A stretch of DNA of 64,000 bases from an uncultured delta proteobacterium (GTDB lineage: Bacteria; Myxococcota_A; UBA9160; UBA4427). The position numbers and the translations under genes are program-made. The notes below the pieces were generated by a model. It was not told the DNA's origin. It worked only from the letters and a program-made list of their open reading frames with translations, and did not search any database. Where the stretch lies: contig CAWGJT010000005.1 in the NCBI GenBank assembly GCA_963822965.1, positions 1,664,001 to 1,728,000 of the forward strand, read 5' to 3'. Positions 1 to 14,866 of this stretch are shown here, one piece after another (positions within the stretch are counted from its first letter, which is position 1; each line of letters begins with the position of its first letter).

Positions 1-869
1 GTCACCGCCGTCATGCTCTTCGCCTCTCGAGGAAGCTCCAGCACACCCAGCGGCTCGTCGAGGTCTTCTCGCTGATCGGGTCGCAGCTCGGCAAGGTGGC
101 CGAGCGCGCGGCGTTGCAGGACCGGGCCCACCAGGCCCAGAAGATGGAGGCGGTCGGTCAGCTCGCCGCGGGGGTCGCGCACGAGATCAACAATCCCATG
201 TCCTACGTGCGCACGAATCTCCACACCCTGCGCGAGGAGTGGGCCGAGCTGCGCTCCAAGATCTCGACGTTCGGCGACGCACCGAGCTCGCGCCAGCGCT
301 TCGACGACTTCCAGGAGCTGATCGAGGAATCGCTCGAAGGCGTCGAGCGCACCATCGCGATCGTGCGCGACGTGAAGGAGTTCTCGCACAACGGCGGCGT
401 GGATCGTGCGCACTGGGAGATCGTGTCCATGGCCGAGCTGCTCGAGGGCGCGATGCGGGTGACGGCGTCCCAGGCGCCCTCGGGCGTCCGCATCGATTGC
501 GAGTACGAAGGCCAGGGCCTGTGTCGCTGCTCGCCGAATCAGATCCGGCAGGTGCTGGTGAACCTGATCGTGAACGCCATCCAGGCCGTGGGCGAGTCGG
601 GCCACGTCCGGCTGTCGACGGGCGGCGACGACCACCAGGTGTGGGCGCGGGTGGAAGACGACGGGATCGGCATGAGCGAGGCGACCCGGGCGCGGCTCTT
701 CGAGCCCTTCTTCACCACCAAGGCGGTGGGCGAAGGGACCGGGCTCGGCCTCTCGGTCTCCTACGAGATCGTCCGCAACCACGGCGGCGAGATCGAGGTG
801 AGCTCCGAGCCCGGCGCCGGAGCCTGCTTCGAGGTGCGCCTCCCCGCCGAAAGCGACGAGCCCGCCTGA
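1..869 (+). CDS. Sensor histidine kinase (HisKA + HATPase), 5'-truncated by window edge
   Basis: H-box GVAHEINNP, N-box QVLVNLIVNAIQA, G boxes DDGIGM / FFTTKAVGEGTGLGL; coding-like sequence continues upstream of ORF 96. Confidence 0.92.
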   Translation, partial: HRRHALRLSRKLQHTQRLVEVFSLIGSQLGKVAERAALQDRAHQAQKMEAVGQLAAGVAHEINNPMSYVRTNLHTLREEWAELRSKISTFGDAPSSRQRFDDFQELIEESLEGVERTIAIVRDVKEFSHNGGVDRAHWEIVSMAELLEGAMRVTASQAPSGVRIDCEYEGQGLCRCSPNQIRQVLVNLIVNAIQAVGESGHVRLSTGGDDHQVWARVEDDGIGMSEATRARLFEPFFTTKAVGEGTGLGLSVSYEIVRNHGGEIEVSSEPGAGACFEVRLPAESDEPA

Positions 870-972
870 CGCGCGGCGACCCGGCCCGAGGGCGCGGCGC
901 TCGGGGGAGCGCGACCCAGGGCGAAGTCCTGCATCGCGTTTCCGCCGCAGACGAATCCTGCGGACTCGTCAC

Positions 973-1359
973 CTAGGCGTCGAGATCGAGCTCCAGCAGC
1001 GCGCGGTCGTGGATGCGACCGGAGAGTGCGGAGAGCGTGTCGGTGAGGACCATCTGCCAGCCGTACTTCCGGCGCAGGGCGCGGTAAGCGCGGCGCGCGG
1101 TCTCCGGATCGCTCACGATGCGGCCGACCCCCGGCTCGAAGTCGCCCTTCAGCCCCCCGCGCACGTTGCAGGGTGCGACCGCCACCCGGCCGGTGGCCCG
1201 GATGCGCTTCACCTTTCCCGCCCCGGCCTCGCTGAACACGTAGAGGTGCCCCCGGTCCGCGGCCACCCACACGGGCGTGCGCACCTCGCGACCGTCGCGC
1301 CGGAAGGTGGCGAGATTCACGTAGGCGGCGGCGCCGAGCCGATCGGTGGCGGAATCCAT
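973..1359 (-). CDS. PPOX-class F420-dependent oxidoreductase family protein
   Basis: [19 protein letters not shown]...GKVKRIR...VAPC...ALRRKYG pattern; ATG at 1359. Confidence 0.85.
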   Translation of the reverse strand: MDSATDRLGAAAYVNLATFRRDGREVRTPVWVAADRGHLYVFSEAGAGKVKRIRATGRVAVAPCNVRGGLKGDFEPGVGRIVSDPETARRAYRALRRKYGWQMVLTDTLSALSGRIHDRALLELDLDA

Positions 1360-1441
1360 GCAGACACTCCCGTTGCGGGGACGGACGGGGCGGGCGAGCC
1401 CAGACGGGCCGGGCGGCGCCGGATGCGGTATCCCCCCGTCC

Positions 1442-3648
1442 GTGCCGGGTAGGCTAGCAGCCGAGCGAGCCGCGCTCCTTGCCGCGATCTGCGCCGCTTC
1501 CTTCGCCGGGCCGGTGGTGGCGGCGCGGGCCCAGGCGCCCGAAGAAGTCCGTCGGGATGCCGCGCCGCACGACGCGGCCGGGCAGGCGGGGCGCGTCGAC
1601 GGCGAACGCATCCGGAACGCCGACGCCGAGCCCGGCAGCTGGCTCGCCCACGGACGCACCTACGACGAGCAGCGCTACAGCCCCCTCACCCAGATCGACC
1701 GCCAGAACGTGGCGCGCCTCGGCCTCGCCTGGTCGTACCGGACGGGCACGAAGCGGGGGCTCGAGGCCAGCCCCATCGTCGTCGACGGCGTCCTCTACGC
1801 GACGGGCAGCTGGTCGGTGGTCTACGCCCTGGACGCGGCCACGGGTCGCGAGCTCTGGACCTACGACCCGAAGGTGCCACGCGCCAAGGGACGGGACGCC
1901 TGCTGCGACGTGGTGAATCGCGGCGTCGCGGTGTGGAAGGGACGGGTCTACCTGGGCACCCTCGACGGTCGCCTGGTAGCCCTCGACGCCGCGACCGGGA
2001 AGCTCGTCTGGCAGGTGCAGACCACCGATCCCGAGAAGCCCTACACGATCACCGGGGCGCCCCGCGTCGTGAAGGACCGGGTCGTCATCGGCAACGGCGG
2101 CGCCGAGTTCGGCGTGCGCGGCTACTTCAGCGCCTACGACGCGGCCACGGGCGAGCGGCTCTGGCGCTTCTACACGGTGCCCGCCAGCAAGGACGGCCCG
2201 TTCGAGCACCCCGAGCTCGCGACGGCCGCCGCCACCTGGCCCGCGGACGCCCTGTGGGAGCTGGGTCTCGGCGGAACCGTCTGGGATTCCATGGCCTACG
2301 ACCCCGAGCTCGACCTGCTCTACGTCGGCGTGGGAAACAGCTCGGTGTACGACCGGGAGAAGCGAAGCCCGGGCGGCGGCGACAACCTCTTCCTCTCCTC
2401 GATCCTCGCCGTGAAGCCCGAGACGGGCCGCATGGTCTGGTACTACCAGACGACGCCCGGGCGAATCCTGGGACTACACCGCCACCCAGCACATGATCCT
2501 GGCCGACCTCGAGATCGGCGGCCGCCCGCGCAAGGTGCTGCTGCAGGCGCCGAAGAACGGCTTCTTCTACGTGCTCGACCGGGCGACCGGCGAGCTGCTC
2601 TCGGCCGACAAGTACGCCATCGCCACCTGGGCGACCCACGTCGATCTCGCGACCGGACGTCCCGTCGAGCGACCCGAGGCGCAGTGGTCGAAGCATCCGG
2701 CGCTCGTCTCCCCGGGCGTCGCGGGCGCGCACAACTGGCACCCCATGGCGTTCAGCCCGCGGACGGGCCTCGTCTACATCCCTACCACGTCCTTCGTCTA
2801 TGCGTTCCATCCCGACCCGAACTTCCAGCCCCTGCACGACAGCTTCAACACGGCGGAGGACTGGGGCGCCATGTCCCGCAGTCTCGAGGGCTACATGGAC
2901 GCCATGAAGCCCTGCACGCCGAGCCACATCACGGCCTGGGACCCGGTGGCGCAGAAGCCCGCCTGGCGCGTCGACCACGACTCCCAGGTGCCGGGCGGGC
3001 TGCTCGCGACCGCCGGCGATCTCGTCTTCCAGGGAACGGGAAGCGGGGTCTTCGCCGCCTACGACGCGGTGGATGGACGCCGACTGTGGCGGAGCGAGAC
3101 CAAGGTCGGCGTGATGGCGCCGCCGGTGAGCTATGCGGTGGCCGGCGAGCAGTACGTCGTCGTGCTGGCCGGAGTCGGCGGATCCCACGGGCTGCATCGC
3201 GACATCCTCCAATGGCAGAACGACGGGCGCATCCTGGCCTGGAAGCTCGGGCGGCCAGGCGGAGATGCCTCCGGTCGCCCCGCTGGACCGCGGCCCCGTC
3301 CAGGCACCGCACATCGCGCTCGTTCCCGAACGGGTCGACCGCGGACGCGATCTCTACGCGCGCCACTGCGCCCGCTGTCACGGAATCACCACCCGCAGCA
3401 CCGGCATCATTCCGGACCTCAAGCGCTCGACGCCCGGGGTGCACGACAGCTGGAACGAGATCGTGCTCGGGGGCATCCTGTCGGGCGGCGGCATGGCGAG
3501 CTTCGCGGACGTGCTCGACGCCCGGGACGCCGCGGACATCCACGCCTACGTGATCTCGCGTGCGCTCCACGAGCCGACGTTGATGGAAGAGCTGGCGCTC
3601 TGGGTCTCCCGGTACGCGTGCCTGCCCGTGGAGTGGGTGACCGACTAG
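1442..3648 (+). CDS. PQQ-dependent quinohemoprotein alcohol dehydrogenase (type II) with C-terminal cytochrome c; frameshifts near 2462 and 3255; start approximate
   Basis: Signal-like N-terminus, [58 protein letters not shown], heme motif CARCH in last frame. Confidence 0.9.
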
Positions 3649-3672
3649 CGGGTGACCGACTCGCAGGCGGGC

Positions 3673-4477
3673 TCAGGCTTCCGGCGCGGGCGACGCCCAC
3701 GCCAGCTCCTCTCGCAGCCGCGCGAAGAACGTCGGGTCCGGATCGATGGGCGTCATCACCGCGAGCCCGTCGTAGAGGGGGCTCCGGGCGATCGCACCGG
3801 CGAAGGACGCGAAGTGCTCCCAGCCCGCGTCCGCGCCGAAGCGTTCCAGGCGATCGAGCAATCCCGGCGGCAGGGGAATGGCGAGGCGCCGGGACAGGCG
3901 CACGGCCGCGCGGGTCGACAGGGTCGGCATCAGCATCGGGGTCACCGTCACCCGGGGATGCTCGGCCCGGATCGTCTCCGCGAACGGCGCCAGAGAGAAC
4001 AGATCGAAGGTCACCTGCGTCTGCACGCCGTGGGCGCCGGCGTCGAGCTTCGCGCGGAGGTTCGCGAGCACCCGCTCGCGCGGACCGAAGGGGTTCAGGG
4101 TGACGGAGACGTGGGCCTCGGGAAGGCGGCGGCGCACCAGGCGCACCACCTCGCGGATGCGGGGCGTGTCGGCGTCGTCCTCGGCCTTGTGCTCCCCCCG
4201 GATGCACAGCACGCGGCCGAGCCCGGCGTCGCCGGCGCGCGCCACGTCGTCCTCGATGGCCGCCATGCTGCGACCCGCGGTTGGCCAGGTGCCACACCGG
4301 CTCGAAGCCCGCCCGTTGCAGCTCGATCGAGGCGGGCAGGCTCGCCCAGCGCTCCGGGCGCTGGATCACGTTGACGCGCCGGACCCCCGCACCGAGCGCC
4401 CCGGCCCGGCGCAGCAGCACGCCGGGACGGGGCGCCGCCGGCGGCGTGATCTCGAGGGTGACGGGGAACGCGGACAC
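3673..4477 (-). CDS. Methylenetetrahydrolate reductase (MetF)-like flavoprotein; frameshift near 4270
   Basis: TLEITPP, PVWHLANRG, VLCIRGE, KLDAGAHGVQTQVTFD correspond to MTHFR-family motifs. Confidence 0.75.
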
Positions 4478-4500
4478 CCGGGCAGCGTGCCCGGGCCCCG

Positions 4501-4550
4501 TTGACAAGTAAAGTGAAACGTTAGAGCCTAATTGTTCGATGAAATCGAAC
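4501..4550. promoter_or_regulatory. Divergent promoter region with putative LysR box
   Basis: TTGACA at 4501-4506; inverted repeat GTTCGAT-gaa-ATCGAAC (4534-4550) containing T-N11-A; AT-rich patch between MTHFR-like gene and LysR. Confidence 0.6.
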
Positions 4551-4581
4551 GATCGCAACGGACCGGGCGGGCGCGCGGACC

Positions 4582-5510
4582 GTGGCGGCGCGGATCGACC
4601 TCGACGTCACCCGCGTGGACCTCAACAAGCTGCGCACGTTCTTCGTCATCGCCGAGCGCGGGCGGCGTGAGCGCCGCCGCTGCACGACCTGGCCCTCACC
4701 CGCTCGGCGGTGAGCCACAGCCTCTCGTCCCTCGAGGAGGCCCTCGGCGTCAGCCTCTTCCACCGGGTGGGCCGGCGGCTGGTGCTGAGCCGCGAAGGCG
4801 CCCGGCTGCGAAGCGCCTACGCGGACGCGGAGCAGCGCATCGGCCGCGCCCTGGGCGAGATCGGCGAGGAGGCCAGCGAGGTGCGCGGTCGGGTTCGGCT
4901 CGGCCTGTATCCCGGCTTCTCGCGCTTTCGCCTGGCGGCGGTGCTCGAGGGGTTTCTCGCCGAGCACCCGGGCGCCCGCTGTCGCCTGATGCAGGGATCG
5001 CGATCCGAGCTGCTGCAGGCCCTGCTCGAGGGACGGATCGACTTCGCGCTGTCGCTGCGGCCGCACGATCCCGCCGCCGCGAGCCGCGTGCGCTCGACGC
5101 GGCTCTTCGAGCAGGCGCTGGTGCTCGCCGTCGCGAAGGGCCGGCGCCGCCCGCGCCGCGGGCTCGAGGGCCTCGCGGCGCTTCCCTTCGTGGACCACTT
5201 CCGCAGCGATCCCCTCATCGAGCGCTGGGTGGCCCACCACTACGAAGGCCGCCGCATCGCGCACGCGGACGTGCGGGTGTGGGTGGGCGGCGCCACGGAC
5301 CTCGCCCTCGAGCTCACCTGTCGCGGGGTGGGCGCGTGCGTGCTGCCCCTGGATCTCGTGGAGCCCTATCGCCGGCGCGGCGAGCTCACGGTGGTCCGCG
5401 GCTCGGGACCGCCCCTGCTGGACGGAATCTGGCTGAACGAGCTCTCCGGGGCGCGGACGCGCCCCGTCCAGGCCGCCCTACGAGGCGCGTTGCTGCAGGC
5501 GCCCGCCTGA
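4582..5510 (+). CDS. LysR-family transcriptional regulator; frameshift(s) near 4660-4690
   Basis: VDLNKLRTFFVIAE...GVSAAA...TRSAVSHSLSSLEEALGVSLFHRVGRRLVLSREG HTH plus substrate-binding domain. Confidence 0.9.
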
Positions 5511-5512
5511 GC

Positions 5513-6763
5513 TCAGAGCTCGAAGCTGCCGCTTCGCCCCAGGCGGTCCCGGGACTCGGCGCCCATCGCCTTCGGGGCCCCCTCGCGAATGCGCGACAGC
5601 TTGTCGGGCACCGGGGCCACGTCGCCCGGACGGCGCGGCAGGCCGAAGCCCGTGTAGAGCACCCGCCGCTCGCGGGTCGTCGGCGGCCGGCTCATGTGAC
5701 ACGTGCAGCTCAGGTGGACGGTGACGTCGCCCTTCGCGGTGGGCAGCGGAACCTTCGGCAGGTCGACGCGCGGATGCACACCCGCAGCCGGGATCGAGGC
5801 GCGGTGCGAACCGGCCAGCACGCCGAGCTCGCCGCTCGCGGCGTCCGCGCCGGTGACCGAGATGCCCACGGTCATCGAGCAGCACTGGTACGAGTGGCGG
5901 CCCAGCGCGCAGTCCTTGTGCCAGGGCAGGTCGCTGATTCCTTCGACCACGTCCAGCGGCTTCACGAGCGCCTCGACGAGGTTGCCTTCGCGCCCCTCGC
6001 GCGCCTCGAAGCCGCAGCGTCCGAGCTCGCCGATGCGCAGGAAGCGATCGGGTCCCGCAGCAGCTCGGCCGTCGCCGGGGAGTGCTCCTGGAAGCGCTGC
6101 AGCCGGACGGGCCGGTGCTCGCCGCTCCCGGTCCGCGCCCACCAGGAGTTGCCGTCGTCCGGCGCGTAGCCAGGAGCGGCGGTGTCCATGTCCCGGGAGA
6201 TCGCGTCCATCTCGTCCGGCTCGAAAACGCCCTCGAGGTGCAGGAAGCCCGCCTCCTCGAGGAAGTGCGAGATCTCGTCGGGATCGTCGTCCAGCCGGAA
6301 GCGGCGGTGCAGGTCGAGGGGCGCGCCGTCGCGATCCTCGGAACTGGATCTGTCCGGGCTCCCAGGCCGGCCGTCCGTCGAGCAGCGCCCGCGCCACGGG
6401 CTCCCACTCGATCCAGTCGTCGACGCCACCGGCGCGCATCTCGACGAGGCCGCCGAGCACGAGCCCCATGCTCGAGCACTGATCCTGCACCCATTCGGAG
6501 AAGCTCTCACGGGAGAGGCTCGCCACCACGGCGCCGCTCGCGACGCCCGACTCGATGCGCAGGCCGACGTCCTGGGGGACGAAGCTCACGACCTGGCCCT
6601 CGACGTCGAGCGCGAGCGGAGCGAGCTCCCAGACCCGGGCGCCGCGCGCCGCCAGCCGTCCGTTGCGGCCCAGGAGGACCGGCGCCTCGTGCTCCAGGAA
6701 GTGCGACAGGTCGAGGGACTGGGTCTCGTGGTCGAAGCGGGTTCGCCGGTCGAGCGAGCTCAT
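5513..6763 (-). CDS. Phytanoyl-CoA dioxygenase (PhyH) family protein with N-terminal extension; frameshifts near 6340 and 6050
   Basis: FLEEAGFLHLEGVF, LPWHKD (HxD), GELGVLAGSHR, GDVTVH...HMS...RRVLY. Confidence 0.8.
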   Translation of the reverse strand: MSSLDRRTRFDHETQSLDLSHFLEHEAPVLLGRNGRLAARGARVWELAPLALDVEGQVVSFVPQDVGLRIESGVASGAVVASLSRESFSEWVQDQCSSMGLVLGGLVEMRAGGVDDWIEWEPVARALLDGRPAWEPGQIQFRGSRRRAPRPAPPLPAGRRSRRDLALPRGGGLPAPRGRFRAGRDGRDLPGHGHRRSWLRAGRRQLLVGADRERRAPARPAAALPGALPGDGRAAAGPDRFLRIGELGRCGFEAREGREGNLVEALVKPLDVVEGISDLPWHKDCALGRHSYQCCSMTVGISVTGADAASGELGVLAGSHRASIPAAGVHPRVDLPKVPLPTAKGDVTVHLSCTCHMSRPPTTRERRVLYTGFGLPRRPGDVAPVPDKLSRIREGAPKAMGAESRDRLGRSGSFEL

Positions 6764-6854
6764 CGTGCGTCCTCCGCGGGGCGGGGCGATCGCCAGGGTA
6801 GCACCGACCGGGCTCCTCCCGGCCCCCGGTCGCGAGGGCGCGGTCACGCCCGCT

Positions 6855-7992
6855 TCAAGAGACGCCGTGGGCCGAGAGCCAGTTCGCCACGAGGTCGGCC
6901 ACCTCGGCCCGGGCCGTCCGCGGCTCGACCAGGTAGTGATCGCCGGCGACGAGCTCGAGACGCTTGTCGCTGGCCGCGAGACCGTCGTGGATGGCGCGGG
7001 CGTCGCTCGGGAAGCATCCCGTATCCGCCAGGCTCTGGATCACCAGCGAGGGCTGGGTGATACGCGCGAGGTGGGGGGCGCCGCCGCAGTCGGACTCGCG
7101 CAGGCTCCACATGGAGAGCCACGTCCGCAGGGTATTGGTCGAGCCGATGCCGAAGGGGCTGTAGTTCGCGCGCCGCGGGTCTCCCGCGTAGCACTGGCCG
7201 ATGGGACGGTCCGAGGGATCGAGCCGGCCGTCCATCAGGCGCAGGTCGGCCCAGGTGCGGTAGACGTTGAAGAGGCGGTCGGGGACGCCCCGGGCGGCGA
7301 GCCGCTCGAGCTCGGCGATCGCCCAGTCGGTGATGCGGTGGTTGCGGGCCTCCTGCGCGGCGCGGTAGCGCGCGACGAACTCGTCCGCGTAGGGAGGCCC
7401 GTTTGCGGGATCGTACATGTCCAGGGCCGGGTCGACCGAGGCCGGATCGCGCTCGTCGGCCACCGCCGGATCGAACCAGGCGGTCAACACCTCGGGCCGA
7501 CCCTGGTGTGCGTTGAGCGAGACGTAGTAGTCGGCCGGCGGCAGGGCGTTCACCGCTTCGGGCAGCACGAGGCCCCGGGCCGGCCGAATGGACGGCGACA
7601 GCGCCTGGGACTGGTAGGCGCCCATCAGCGAGCCGCCCCCGGAGTTTCCGAGAAGGACCACGGTCTCGACCCCGGCCTCCTCCCGCAGCCAGCGAACGCC
7701 GGCGCCGATGTCCACCAGCGCGTGCTCGAGCAGGAAGAAGGGCTCCGCTCCCCGAAAGCGCGTGTTCCAGCCGAGGAACCCGTAGCCACGTTCCGCCAGG
7801 TACGGCCCGAGGTAGTGCTCGCTGAAGTCCACGTTGTAATGCGTGGCAATGAGCGCGGCACGCGGCCGCGCGCCCGCGCGCGCACACCCAGACGCCCTGG
7901 CAACCGTGGTGGCCGACGGGGTTCTGCCTCGAGGTGGGAGAGTCGAGGGAGACGAAGCGCCGCTCGATCGCCGGCGGAGCGGAAGCGCTCAG
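6855..7992 (-). CDS. Alpha/beta hydrolase; frameshift near 7865; start approximate
   Basis: IATHYNVDFSEHY, nucleophile elbow GNSGGG, catalytic D (ADTG) and H (GDHY). Confidence 0.8.
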
Positions 7993-8709
7993 GACGTCGC
8001 GATCTCGCCCAGGATGCGGGCGAGCTCCTCGGGCGCCGAGAAGAACGGCGAGTGGCTCGTGTCCATCTGGTACACGTTGCGACAGCCGTGCCGCTCGATC
8101 AACGCGCGCTGGCCGGAGGGCAGCAGGGCGCGGTCCCGCAGGCACACGATGTAGTCCCGGGGAACCCGGCCGGAGCGGTCGCCCGCGACCTGCACCGCCC
8201 CCGAGACGAGCCCGGCCGGCTCGGGACACAGACGCTCGCGGGCGAAGGCCACGTCCTCGTCGCTGCAGTCCTCGTAGAAGAGGTAACGGAGGTCCTTGGG
8301 CGTCGAAGAGGAGGGTCGTCCCGTCCTCCGAGGGACCGACCGCCGCGACCAGCTCGGGCGAGGTCATCGCCTCGTCCGGCGCGAAAATGGCTTCCGGGTC
8401 GGGGAGAAAGGCCGCGAGATACACCAGGCTCTGCAGCCGATCGGAACGCCGCGCGGCCACCTGGGTGATGGTGACGCCCCCGAGACTGTGTCCGACGAGC
8501 ACGACGTCGCCTTCCAGCGAATCGATCACCTCGCACACCCGATCGCAGTAGGCGTCGAGGCCCACGCCGGCCGCCGGCGCCGGATCGGCTCCGTGGGCGG
8601 GGAGGTCGGGGGCCTCCACGACGTGTCCCGCCGCGCGGAGCAACGGCACGAGCTTCGACCAGCACCAACCGCCGTGCCAGGCACCGTGGACGAGGACGAA
8701 GGTGGCCAT
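7989..8709 (-). CDS. Alpha/beta hydrolase (methylesterase-like); frameshift near 8297
   Basis: MATFVLVHGAWHGGWCW, GHSLGG, CLRDRAL, TSHSPFFS. Confidence 0.9.
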
Positions 8710-8848
8710 GGCGGCAGCATAACATCCCAGGGCCGGAGGCCCGGCCGGAAAGTGTGACCTGCAGGCGGTGCGGCTCGATCGCTTCTCTGGAGCGCTCGGT
8801 TTGGCGCTCGGTCTCGCCCAGGAGCAGGCGGCCTTCTGTCGCACGCTC

Positions 8849-10103
8849 CTAGGCAGTGTACTCCAATGGAAGACGGCACCGTCCCCGAACCAGGAAGGAG
8901 TCGATCATCTGGTCCCGCGGCGCCGCTGGCCTTGAGACGGGGCAGCTCCGGAACGATCGCCTCCAGGGCCACCCGCGCTTCGAGGCGCGCGAGAGAGGCA
9001 CCCAGGCAGAAGTGCACCCCGTAGCCAAAGCCCAGGTGTCCGCGTGCGTCGCGGTCGAGGTCGAAGACGTCCGCCCGTCCGAAGCGGCGCTCGTCTCGAT
9101 TGGCGCTGGCGAGGAGCACCGCCACCGTCGCGTCCCGGGGAACCACGGTGCCGACGATCGAGACGTCCCGGGTCGCGCGCCGGAAGGCCAGCTGGATCGG
9201 CGAGTCGAAGCGCAGGGTCTCCTCGATGAGGGCCGGCACCCCGGCGGGATCGGCAGCCACCCGCTCCAGCGCGTCGGGGTGGTCGAGCAGGACGTTCACC
9301 GCGTTACCGATCAGGTTCGTGGTGGTCTCGTTGCCGGCGACCAGGAGCAGCAGGACGAAGTTGACCACGTCGAGCTCCGAGAGGGTTCCGTCCTGCTCCG
9401 GGTCGACGAGCAGGCTCAGCAGGTCGTCGCGCGGCTCCTTCCGGCGGGCCCGCACCGCGTCGCGCAGGTAGCCGAAGACGTCGGCGAAGACGTCCAGCAG
9501 GCCGCTGCCCACGGGATCGAGCTTCGCGGCGCCCGAGATCATGGCCACGATGGCGTCGCTCCAGGCCTTGAAGTCGGCGCGCCGCTCGGGCTCGACGCCG
9601 AGCATCTCGGCGATGATGGACACCGGGAGCGGAACCGCGAGGTCCTCGACGACGTCGATGCGGCCCGTCCGTTCCAGGACGCGCATCCGTGCCGCCACCA
9701 CCTCCCGCGCGCGCGGCTCCCAGCCGGCGATCCGGCGTGGCGTGAAGCCCCGGTTCACGATGGCGCGCATGACGTCGTGGCGCGGCGGGTCGAGGGTCGA
9801 GAGGTTGCCGGCACGCTGCGCGGCGAACGGGTTGATCTTCGTTCGCCACAGGAAGCGGAGCAGGAAGAGCGCATAGCGCGGGCCCATCATGCTGGCATCG
9901 GTCTTCATCAACACGTCGCGCATGGCGTCGGAAGAGAAGAGATCGGGCTGCTTCAGGACGAAGATCGCGTCGTCGTAGCGGGACACGCAGTACGTGCCGG
10001 AGGTCGGCGACCGGTGCACCGGGTCGCGTTCCCGAAGCGCCGCGTACACCGGGTAGGGGTCGGCGGCCGCGATCATCTCGAAGGGCTCGTAGTCGACGGA
10101 CAT
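8849..10103 (-). CDS. Cytochrome P450; frameshift near the C-terminus (~8920)
   Basis: AGNETT I-helix, EETLR (ExxR), [10 protein letters not shown] heme motif; alternative frame ends ...[17 protein letters not shown]. Confidence 0.93.
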
Positions 10104-10155
10104 GGTCGGGCTCCCGCACCCCTCGTCGTCGGTCTGGCTCCGTTACCTTAGCGCG

Positions 10156-14680
<4,525 letters not shown>

Positions 14681-14707
14681 GGAGAACGCGCCGGCGACCC
14701 GGTCTCA

Positions 14708-14866
14708 GAGCCTGTGAAGGAATCCTCGACCGAGTCAGGCGCTGCGCCGGTGGGTCGGATGCAAGGCGCGACGACGAGGCGTAGCGCGCCTACGGCGAGG
14801 AGGAGCAACGCCGCAGACGGCCCGCCGCCGCAAGCCTGGCGACCGAGAGGATTCCTTCACAGGCTC
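14708..14866. mobile_element. 159-bp MITE-like element with 20-bp perfect TIRs and TCA target duplication
   Basis: GAGCCTGTGAAGGAATCCTC (14708-14727) / GAGGATTCCTTCACAGGCTC (14847-14866); TCA at 14705-14707 and 14867-14869; internal palindromic core; no transposase. Confidence 0.85.

Noticed and set aside
1442..3648. Lanthanide-dependent alcohol dehydrogenase
   Set aside because: The active-site segment reads WDYTATQ, lacking the extra Asp (D-x-D) of XoxF/PedH-type enzymes; consistent with Ca-dependent type II.
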